From a virus (lineage: Duplodnaviria > Caudoviricetes): DNA of 64,000 nucleotides. The notes under the pieces are model-generated. The model had not been told where the DNA came from. It ran no database searches and worked only from the letters and a program-made list of their open reading frames with translations. Below, one piece after another: positions 1-8,900 of the stretch. Each line of letters opens with the position of its first letter. The stretch's first letter is position 1. The stretch spans positions 1 through 64,000 of the IMG/VR virus record IMGVR_UViG_3300011977_000007; one strand, written 5' to 3'. The position numbers and the translations under genes are program-made.

Positions 1-62
1 AATTCATCAACACATCTTGCATTTCCTGAAACAATAATTTTAGCATCGCAATAATTTGGCAT
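1..62 (-). CDS. Partial CDS running off the window start (MPNYCDAKIIVSGNARCVDE...), DUF1281/YubB-like N-terminus
   Basis: AGGAG SD then ATG at 62; MPNxC start recognised by eye; not in ORF track. Confidence 0.55.
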   Translation of the reverse strand, partial: MPNYCDAKIIVSGNARCVDE

Positions 63-66
63 AGAT

Positions 67-288
67 TTATCTCCTATTATTAATTTTTCTTATATCACTT
101 TTAGTTGCTTCATTATGATAAAATACTTTACAGCAATTATGTGGATTACCCTTGCATATAGCTGCTGCTTTTCTACCATATAATTCGCAGTTTAAACTAT
201 CGTCGTTAAATTCTTCAGCTGCACTGCACCAAAATCCATATTGATTTTGTTTCTTATTTGGATCGTGTCTTGGTTTTCCTTTACCCAT
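67..288 (-). CDS. Small Cys-containing hypothetical protein
   Basis: 73-aa ORF with AGGAG SD, tightly packed with neighbours. Confidence 0.7.
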   Translation of the reverse strand: MGKGKPRHDPNKKQNQYGFWCSAAEEFNDDSLNCELYGRKAAAICKGNPHNCCKVFYHNEATKSDIRKINNRR

Positions 289-300
289 TTAATCACTCCT

Positions 301-477
301 TTAGAATAATGTAATATTGTGCTCTACTTTATCAATAATGCGTTTCTCCTTTGTTTCTCTATTCATAATAACAAATTCATCTGGAGTATTTTTTAAATAT
401 AACCACTCATCTGGATTCAATTTCATTTTACTTCCTACATATTTTTTCATTCTAAAAGTTAATTTTTTACCTTTCAT
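301..477 (-). CDS. Small hypothetical protein, 58 aa (MKGKKLTFRMKKYVGSKMKLNPDEWLYLK...)
   Basis: Hand-translated; GGAGG SD; early-type motif at 506-519 upstream. Confidence 0.7.
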   Translation of the reverse strand: MKGKKLTFRMKKYVGSKMKLNPDEWLYLKNTPDEFVIMNRETKEKRIIDKVEHNITLF

Positions 478-581
478 TTATATTCCTCCATTGTTTTATT
501 CGTATTTATAATATACATTTATTTTTAAGTTTAGAAAAAAATAAAAGCGTACTTTCGTACGCCTTTATTTTGTTGTTTATA

Positions 582-1508
582 CTACTCTAAGGATAATAAA
601 ATCTTCCTCTTTGTAGCTTCGGCAGTACAATACTTGCCGAGTTTTTCGATATCATCAGCAGATAAGTTATCTGCTAACTTAATAATATCTTTAATTGTAA
701 GTGGTGTTTCTTCCTTATCCTCCTTCTTATCATCTTTAGCCTGCAGAGCATATAACTCCACAGCAATGCCACCATATCTTTCATTTATATTGAGAACTGC
801 TAAAGCATTAGTTAATTTATCTGCAATTTTATCAGTTACAAATAAATTATCAGTTTTAGCATACTCAAGAATATATACTGGAATCTTAACAATATCAGCT
901 ATATCACTGATAGTTTTATCGGAAAAAGTCCTAATAAAATTGCTATTAACAAAGTAATTCTGCTTTGCCAATTTATTCTGGTAATTAGAAACTCTTTTTC
1001 TGTTAATCATACTACACTTGCCAGTAATGTAAAACTTATCCTGATTTAATGCCCAAGATAAATTATACATCGTCTTCTTTAGTACAGAGTTTGTGTTACC
1101 GTTAAGAATATTATAGATGTTATCATCTATAAATTCTGATAATGTAGCGGCACTCCATCCGACATTATCAATAGAGTAAGCAAGACGATTGTAATCAATC
1201 TCACATTTCTCATAATTCTCAGGATCGGATATATATGAGTATTGCCTTCCGCCTCCTCTCTTCTTTGGTTCCCCTTCATATTCAGTTTCCATAGGCTTTA
1301 TATTAGGCTCATCTACCACCATCATTAGATAATCTCTATCTACATTTAAAGTGGAACAGATCCTGTTAAGTACGTTTAACGGAATACTATTATTAAGATA
1401 TCTTTCTAAATCAATCTCCTTTCCGTATCCCATTAAATCTCTGAGCTCATTATAATTTTTCACACCTTGTTTAAGCATTACGCTTTCAAGTCTTTCCTTG
1501 CTAAACAT
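582..1508 (-). CDS. Putative XRE-like multi-HTH DNA-binding protein
   Basis: N-terminal HTH-like pattern (NELRDLMG...VLNRICSTLNVDRDYL); paralogous to next gene. Confidence 0.55.
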   Translation of the reverse strand: MFSKERLESVMLKQGVKNYNELRDLMGYGKEIDLERYLNNSIPLNVLNRICSTLNVDRDYLMMVVDEPNIKPMETEYEGEPKKRGGGRQYSYISDPENYEKCEIDYNRLAYSIDNVGWSAATLSEFIDDNIYNILNGNTNSVLKKTMYNLSWALNQDKFYITGKCSMINRKRVSNYQNKLAKQNYFVNSNFIRTFSDKTISDIADIVKIPVYILEYAKTDNLFVTDKIADKLTNALAVLNINERYGGIAVELYALQAKDDKKEDKEETPLTIKDIIKLADNLSADDIEKLGKYCTAEATKRKILLSLE

Positions 1509-1573
1509 TTGTTTTTCCTCCTAAGATAAAAATAAAAGGCTAGGAAATTAATCCTAGCCTTGCTTATAAGTTA

Positions 1574-2230
1574 CTAATTATTAATGGAACTAAGAAGTTC
1601 TTTCTTTTTAGCCTCCAGCTCGCAATATCTAGCAAGCTTCATCAAATCAGGTCCTGATAAATCAGAGTCTTCAATACTTTTAATGAAACTTGTTAAATAA
1701 TTACTATTATTACTTTCTGTCTTCTTCTGAGCCTGCTGTGGAACTTTACTGAAGAAACACTCAAGCGGAATATCAGACACCGCCGCACTATTAAACCGCT
1801 TTGCGAATAAATTTGCAAAACGTTCTGTGCAATACAACGGGGTATCTCCATCCCTCATATACTCAATTATATATGCTGGAACACCTATTATATGTGCATA
1901 ATTGGCAATTTCCTGTCTGCTTAAATAATAGAATGGCATATTATTTGAAGTACATGTCATAATTGCCGGGTAAACCGGCTGAGTGGAATAATAATTCCCA
2001 ACACCCGGATACTTTCCAGTAAGTTTTTCTGGTGAGCATCTCAATGCCCAGCTAAGATCTCTGATTACTCTCCAATCAAAAATCTTATTTGATAAGAGAT
2101 ACTTTCTTAAGTATTCTCCCTCAAATACAAACTCCTTAAGTATACCAATGTTCCATGCAGACTCATCAATGATTCTCTTAATCACCTTATTCTGCTCAGG
2201 GTTATCATAGGTAAATCTACTTTTATCCAT
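1574..2230 (-). CDS. Paralog of 582..1508, putative HTH protein
   Basis: Shared LSWAL motif and C-terminal LSxxDxxKLxxYCxxEAxKxxxLxS helix. Confidence 0.55.
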   Translation of the reverse strand: MDKSRFTYDNPEQNKVIKRIIDESAWNIGILKEFVFEGEYLRKYLLSNKIFDWRVIRDLSWALRCSPEKLTGKYPGVGNYYSTQPVYPAIMTCTSNNMPFYYLSRQEIANYAHIIGVPAYIIEYMRDGDTPLYCTERFANLFAKRFNSAAVSDIPLECFFSKVPQQAQKKTESNNSNYLTSFIKSIEDSDLSGPDLMKLARYCELEAKKKELLSSINN

Positions 2231-2273
2231 TTTATTTTTCCTCCTATATTTATACTAGTCATTAGTTGCATCA

Positions 2274-2289
2274 TTATAATATATAATTG
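2274..2289 (-). promoter_or_regulatory. Putative early (virion RNAP) promoter, minus-strand consensus AATTRTATATTATAA
   Basis: Motif recurs upstream of minus-strand genes at 506, 2274, 4720, 12028, 14644, 16838, 22703, 59274; the 2274 and 59274 copies are identical over 25 nt. Confidence 0.6.
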
Positions 2290-2313
2290 AAATTTATCAC
2301 CTTTCAAAAAATG

Positions 2314-2340
2314 AAAGAGTAGGGTATAGCCCTACTCTTT
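2314..2340. terminator. Intrinsic terminator hairpin at gyrA 3' end
   Basis: AAAGAGTAGGG-tatag-CCCTACTCTTT inverted repeat. Confidence 0.7.
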
Positions 2341-4689
2341 TTTAATTAATTCTACTTTTATAATTCCTTCTTTACACATCTTTGTTCCGGCAGAAATAGA
2401 ACTACCAACCGGAATATCTGCAACATTAATTTCTAATGTCTCATCTGATCGTATTACTCGTAATGCATAGCTAGCATTACAACTAAAGATATTATGAATA
2501 TAGTCACCCTTAACTAATTTAATGACTTTATTACCAGCCTTATTCCTATCACTTATAGGTAGACCGGAAATATTAAATCTATTAAATTTACCCTTATCGG
2601 TAACTACAACAATATCAGTAGTATCTCTAGTGATTACAGACATACCATCTATATCCAATGTAGTTTTCATTGCTGTATTACCTAAAGTAGATCTCTTAAG
2701 ATATGGAGTTGCTTCTACTGGCATTCTAAGAGCTTTAGCTTTAGTATAAACTACAATATCTGACTTATGGTTTACTACAATAATATCCTTAACGGAATCT
2801 CCTTTGTTAAGTTTTGTATAAGTAATACCACTTGGGGTTGCATTAATTATATCATTAAGATCAATACGTTTAATCAATGCTTTTGTGGTTACCATAGATA
2901 AATAGTATTTAGATTTCTTGTTAGCAAAAGTCTCTAAGATAGGCACATACATTACAGATATGATATTTGAAGTTAATTTCTTCAATAATAATCTAATATC
3001 TGTACCTGCTGAGTTCTTATCCGTAAATGGAATTTTGTGAACTTGTAATCTAAACACTTTACCCATTTGATCGAATAACAGTAAATCTTTAGAATTATCA
3101 GCTATAATTACGGATTTAGGGGTATCGCCTTTATATGCTTTTATTGGATCATTTACTTGCATTTTCTTTACGAAATTAGCTTCCGTAATTACTACTTTAA
3201 ATTCCCCTTCAGGTATATCTGATGCTTCAGCTTCAGAAATTAATATTGATTTTCTTGGTGAGCCATATTTAGCCTTGATCTCTAATAATTCCTGTTCAAT
3301 CTCTGTATCAATTAAAGATTCATTAGTAATATACTTTACACAAATATCTGCTTTACTTAATAAATCTTTTTGTTCATCCTCATACTTATGAAGATTACCT
3401 CTGGAGAGAGCTTTAAGCTGAGTTCTTAATACGAATGTAGCCTGTAAATCTGTAATCTTTAATTTCTTTACAAGCCAATCTACAAGATATGCTTCATCCA
3501 TTGATGATTGATTTCTTATCATATGAACGATGTTTTCGACATCTCCTGACTTAAGAATCTTAATATAAGTATCAATCTGATGTAATCTCGTTTCAATTTT
3601 CTGCAATCTAAAGTTATAAAGTCTAAATTTAATACTTCTACGATATTCTAAGAAGTATAATAAATATGCTTTATAACTAAGACGTTGAATATCCATTCCA
3701 TTTAATACTTGGAAGTTTACTCTCTTAGATACCTGAAGCTGTGTATTCTTATATAAGACCTGCTTTACGTAATTAGGATCAGCTCCCTTTGTAAGATAGA
3801 TTCGCAAATCTAATTGTTTATCTGTAGAGTGATCCTGAATATCGGATACCTGAATAAGTTTCTTTTCTTTGATCAAATCTTCAATGTTTTCATAAACCTT
3901 ATTTGACCAAACTAAATCCGGTGTTGATTGAATCGATAAATATTTACCACTCTTATCTTCACCATCTCTAATAATTCCTCGTACTAAGAAATTACCAAAT
4001 CCCATATTAGAAATCTTTTTCCAATCAGTATTTACTATTTCACAAGGCATACATTGATCTGGAATTAAGATAATTTTCGCATTTGGATTATGAAGTAATG
4101 TTATCGTAGCATCAATTACATCATTTAATGAATGACATGGAACTTCAATACGCATACCGATTGCAATACCAAATGTACCATTTACTAAAAGAAGTGGTAC
4201 TTTAACTGGTAAAGATTCTGGTTCTTTTTCATGGTTATCAAATGTAGGTTGCCAGTTAACAACCTGTTTAGTTTCAGCTAATTCGCCAATTGCACAATGC
4301 AATCCAAAATCAGAAATATATGATTCAGTATATCGCATTGCAGCTTGATCACCACCCTGAATTGAACCACTAGCACTATCATATGTTACCAGTGGTACTT
4401 TAGATTCAAACCAGTTAGCCATTGGCTTCATTGCATCATAAATAGATGTGTCACCATGAGGGTGATAAGTACCCATACAATCACCGACGGTTTTAGCTGA
4501 TTTACGTTTTGTATTAATACTAATACATTTAGTGTCGTTAAACATCGTGTATAGTATTCTACGTTGTACTGGTTTTAAACCATCTCTAATATCTGGCACG
4601 TATCTATTATATAATATATATAATGAATATCTAGCCATACCACGTTTTGATTCTTCTCTAGAATCAACCTGTATGATATTATCTTTCAT
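2332..4689 (-). CDS. gyrA: Type IIA topoisomerase (DNA gyrase) subunit A
   Basis: PDIRDGLKPVQRRILY, YHPHGD, AAMRYTE catalytic Tyr, C-terminal pinwheel-like repeats. Confidence 0.95.
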   Translation of the reverse strand: MKDNIIQVDSREESKRGMARYSLYILYNRYVPDIRDGLKPVQRRILYTMFNDTKCISINTKRKSAKTVGDCMGTYHPHGDTSIYDAMKPMANWFESKVPLVTYDSASGSIQGGDQAAMRYTESYISDFGLHCAIGELAETKQVVNWQPTFDNHEKEPESLPVKVPLLLVNGTFGIAIGMRIEVPCHSLNDVIDATITLLHNPNAKIILIPDQCMPCEIVNTDWKKISNMGFGNFLVRGIIRDGEDKSGKYLSIQSTPDLVWSNKVYENIEDLIKEKKLIQVSDIQDHSTDKQLDLRIYLTKGADPNYVKQVLYKNTQLQVSKRVNFQVLNGMDIQRLSYKAYLLYFLEYRRSIKFRLYNFRLQKIETRLHQIDTYIKILKSGDVENIVHMIRNQSSMDEAYLVDWLVKKLKITDLQATFVLRTQLKALSRGNLHKYEDEQKDLLSKADICVKYITNESLIDTEIEQELLEIKAKYGSPRKSILISEAEASDIPEGEFKVVITEANFVKKMQVNDPIKAYKGDTPKSVIIADNSKDLLLFDQMGKVFRLQVHKIPFTDKNSAGTDIRLLLKKLTSNIISVMYVPILETFANKKSKYYLSMVTTKALIKRIDLNDIINATPSGITYTKLNKGDSVKDIIVVNHKSDIVVYTKAKALRMPVEATPYLKRSTLGNTAMKTTLDIDGMSVITRDTTDIVVVTDKGKFNRFNISGLPISDRNKAGNKVIKLVKGDYIHNIFSCNASYALRVIRSDETLEINVADIPVGSSISAGTKMCKEGIIKVELIKKE

Positions 4690-4753
4690 TTTTTATTACC
4701 TCCTTGATTGTTATATTAATATAATATACAATCAATTTTTAATTTACAAAATT

Positions 4754-4785
4754 CGTACTCAACTAGCGCTAACTAGTTGAGTACG
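4754..4785. terminator. Hairpin/terminator
   Basis: CGTACTCAACTAG-cgctaa-CTAGTTGAGTACG. Confidence 0.6.
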
Positions 4786-4795
4786 TTATTTTTAA

Positions 4796-5263
4796 TTATT
4801 CAGCAGTTTCAGTCTGTTCGATTGGTGATTCTTCATCATCTGAATTTGTTGCTTCACTTGTCTCTTCTGTAGCTCCTGAAGCATTGATGAGGACAAGTCT
4901 ATTGACTCTTGAAAGGTGATCTTTAAATACACCAAAATCAATGCCAATTCCTTTCTCGCTAATCTCATTTACTGCATCTTTAAATGCATTAAAGATAGTT
5001 GCATTGAATGTACAAGTGTCCGGATCGAATGATTTAATAAAACCAATTGTAATACACTTATGGCTACTTGTATCATCTTCAGTTCCAAAGATATCGCATC
5101 TGTATGCGTTAAGCGGAATTGAGAATCTATTGAATGGGATACTCTTAATTGTTGAAAGCACTTCTCTGGAAATATCTTCTGAAGCTTCCTGTAAGAAGAA
5201 TGCCTGAATGTCCTTAAGAGTAAATTTTGTTGTGTTTTTGTTTTCATTGGAAATCTTTTTCAT
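4796..5263 (-). CDS. Hypothetical protein with acidic tail
   Basis: 155-aa ORF, GGAGG SD. Confidence 0.75.
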   Translation of the reverse strand: MKKISNENKNTTKFTLKDIQAFFLQEASEDISREVLSTIKSIPFNRFSIPLNAYRCDIFGTEDDTSSHKCITIGFIKSFDPDTCTFNATIFNAFKDAVNEISEKGIGIDFGVFKDHLSRVNRLVLINASGATEETSEATNSDDEESPIEQTETAE

Positions 5264-5390
5264 GTTTTAATCCTCCATATAAAATAATAAAGTTAATATG
5301 TATTTATTCTGCACTTCGCAGTATTATCATGTTATAAAATAGATAAAATAATACCCACATTAATGTAATAAAGTGAAGGAGGAAATAAAA

Positions 5391-5756
5391 ATGGGTAATA
5401 ATACACATATGAGTAAATATCCTGAAATTGTAATTGATAATCAAAGTAATTCTGTCAATAGCAATATGACATTCCCTATTACCATTGAACAATTCTATGA
5501 CTTTATGCATCATACACACAGAGCTTCGGATTTAGTTTTTGAAGGTGGAGACGGTAGTGGAAGTATTAGCGATGCTGTAGTTCAGCAGATTAATAATAAG
5601 ATTAGTGAAATGAATACTAAGATGGAAGAACAACAAAAAACAATTGAAGCACAAAAGAAAACTATTGCAGATTTGGATAAAAAGCTTCAAGATTATATTG
5701 ATAATGATATTCACGTAGATGTGGATACTGACGTTGATACTGGTAATGGAAATTAA
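5391..5756 (+). CDS. Coiled-coil hypothetical protein
   Basis: AGGAGG SD before ATG 5391; heptad-like KQE-rich C-terminal half. Confidence 0.7.
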   Translation: MGNNTHMSKYPEIVIDNQSNSVNSNMTFPITIEQFYDFMHHTHRASDLVFEGGDGSGSISDAVVQQINNKISEMNTKMEEQQKTIEAQKKTIADLDKKLQDYIDNDIHVDVDTDVDTGNGN

Positions 5757-5769
5757 AAATAAAAAAATA

Positions 5770-5803
5770 AAGATATAGTATAGCTTGCGCTATACTATAT
5801 CTT
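5770..5803. terminator. Bidirectional terminator between convergent genes
   Basis: AAGATATAGTATAGC-ttgc-GCTATACTATATCTT. Confidence 0.7.
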
Positions 5804-5963
5804 CTTTTCGAATTTCGATACCTTTAATAAATGCTGATTTGTCAGATTGTAATTCTGTAAAGTATTTAAGTTCTTTCTTAATATCATCTATTGTATATTG
5901 TTTTAATATACGTCCTTGGTTTGGCAATACAGTTGATGCTGCCAAATCTTCGCCTGGCATTTC
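5790..5963 (-). CDS. gyrB: gyrB exon 5 (EMPGEDLAASTVLP...)
   Basis: Follows the intron terminal G; completes KGLG-EM motif. Confidence 0.88.
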   Translation of the reverse strand, partial: EMPGEDLAASTVLPNQGRILKQYTIDDIKKELKYFTELQSDKSAFIKGIEIRKEDIV

Positions 5964-8900
5964 CAGTGCCTTCACATAGGTCGTTAATCTATGCAGTTCT
6001 CTAATGAACTTCTCTAGTTTTTCTCTAGATGTTGAGACTATATCATCATCTTAGAAAGATGCTTTTCCACTTCCATTTAAAGGGTTCTCACCTACTCACT
6101 TGAGCCGTACTCCTATAGACGAATCTCACGTCCCTTCCGGGGATAGTCGTTGAACTAATATAAATTATATTAGTTGCTGATTATACATTATATAAGACCT
6201 TAGCACGTATATTTATTATACGCTTTTATTTCAGCATAGCCCATCTCTCTACTTGTTTCTGAATTTCTTCTCCTTATTAGGCTAGAGAGCTTTAGCATTT
6301 CCCAGCAATTCGAAAAAGTTTTCATGCTATATTGCTATAGTATGGGGCAAAATGTCTACCCAATCCTTTATATCTTGATATATTCTTTGGTTCAAATGAT
6401 TTAAATAATGTCATAAGCCCATATATAGTCATTTTATTATTATTGACTATATAATATTCTTCTGATTTATCAATATACTTGATTACTTCAGCACAATCAT
6501 TGATTAATCTTTGTGTAAAGAATACTGTTTGGATTTGATTATTACTTAATACCTTAAGAACTAACACACCATTTATAGTTTTAACCTCAGCATACTTATA
6601 AGTTTTATTAATTAAAGATATGAGTTTCTTTTCATTAAGTTTTCTATTATATAATAGAAACTCTAATAAATATGGGTCAAGCGAATAAGTTAATGCTATT
6701 TTATTAAGCTCATCTACATAATATCTATTCTTATAAAGAATTTGAGTAATTTCCTTTTTAGTATAAGGTCTCTTTTTAAGATTAAAAATCTTATTTTCTT
6801 TACAGAATGTAGACTGTACGTATTCAATATAATCTATATTATTAGCAAAGAACTTCTTTTGCTTACCAATCATAACGCCGAATAATGGTGGGTTTGCCAC
6901 ATATAATTTTCCTTGTTCGATTACGAATGGTAAATATCTTAAGAAGAATGTAAATAATAAGAATGTAATATGATCACCATCAGCATCGGCATCTGTTGCT
7001 ATTACAACTTTTTCTGGTCTAAATTTCTCTGGATCAAATTTCTTTGAATATCCCTTGTATCCAAATATATTTAATAATCCGGATACTTCAGCATTATCAA
7101 AGAATTTCTGTTTAGGCGTCGTTAACGCATTAGAGAATTTCAATTGTCTTCACATAGGTCGTTAATCTATGCAGTTCTCTAATGAACTTCTATGGTTTTT
7201 CTCCATACGTTGAGACTATATCATTATCCATTACTGGATATCTTATTACTTCCATTTAAAGGATTCTCACCTACCTACTTAGGCCGTACTCCAATTGACG
7301 ATTTTCACGTCCCGTATAGGGGATAGTCGTTGAACTATATTAAAAATATAGCTGCTGATTATACATTGTTAATACTACTTAGCACTCTATAATATAGAGC
7401 TTTTATTTCAGCTTATAGCATCTTAGAACTTGTTTCTGTCTTTCGACTCCTAAATTAGGCATCTAAGCTTTAGCAACTCCCAGCAATTCAATAAGATTTA
7501 GACACTATATTACTATAGTGAATAGGCAAATATCTACCTCGTATAGGCATTATCATTCTCTTCACACTAGTCGTTAATTAGTGCAGTTCTCTTATGAACT
7601 TCCTAGGTATTTCTCCTAGAGTTGAGACTATATCATCATCTTAGAAAGATGCGCTTCCACTTCGATTTAAGAGGTTCTCACTCACCCACTTGGGCCCTAC
7701 TCCAATTGACGATTTTCACGTCCCATATAGGGGATAGTCGTTGAACGTTCCTAATAAAATATTAGGCTTCGCTGCTGATTATACATTGTTAATAGTTTTT
7801 AGGGCATATTTATTTTATAAATACGCTTTTATTTCACCATGAACCATCTTAGAACTTGTTTCTGTCTTTCGACTCCCATAGGCATCTAAGCTTTAGCAAC
7901 TCCCAGCAATTCAAAAGCATACGCATGCTATATCTCTATAGCATGGGGCATAATGTTTACCTTGTGTTTGTTTATCTCTATTATTTTCAAGAGAAGAAGC
8001 AGCTGAATCACCCTCAACAATCCAAACTTCAATATTCTTCTTTCCGTTTGGCTTTTTATATTTAGCTGGTAATCCACCCGGTAATACAGATGTAGTATAT
8101 TTATCTGAAAGCTTGATTTTACTATCATCAACTTTAGATCTAATCTCACATACTTCCTTTAAATATTTACATACTTTATGTAAATCATTAGGATTAGACT
8201 GAGCCCATGCATCTAAAGCTTTAAGGGTCTGATCACAAGCAAATGGCTTCATATCTTCTTTAGAGAAATCTTCTTTACTTTGCGTTATCTTCACACTAGT
8301 CGTTAATTAGTGCAGTTCTCTTATGAACTTCTCTAGGTGTTACCTAGAAGACGAGACTATATCATTATACTTTATTCAAGTATTCTTCCACTTTGATTTA
8401 AGAGGTTCTCACTCACCTACTTAGGCCCTACTCCTATAGACGAATTTCACGTCCCTTCCGGGGATAGTCGTTGAACTTTCTATAATATTATAAATTCGTT
8501 TTCCTTTCTACTACTTTAGCTACTAGTTTAGGATTCGTATTATGTTTTATAAATTCTTCTGGCGGTATATATGGTACCTTATTTAGTAATGGTACTAATT
8601 CATAATTATGATAGTATTCTTGAAAATGATTAAATACATTAGCTGCAACTATTTCATCATCAAATGTACCTAAATATATGCTTGTATTATTCACTGATAT
8701 ACTTGCACTATATGTACTATTTGTTTCTTGATGAACCCCAAAATATTTTGATGATATATTATTTTGATAATTTTGTTTATATTCAATCTTTGCAAGATTG
8801 ATATTATCAATATAGTATAAGAATATACATGTTTTCGGAGAATATATTCTCATATTTTTGGGTATTGATAATTGTAGATAATCTTTATCTAGATTATATA

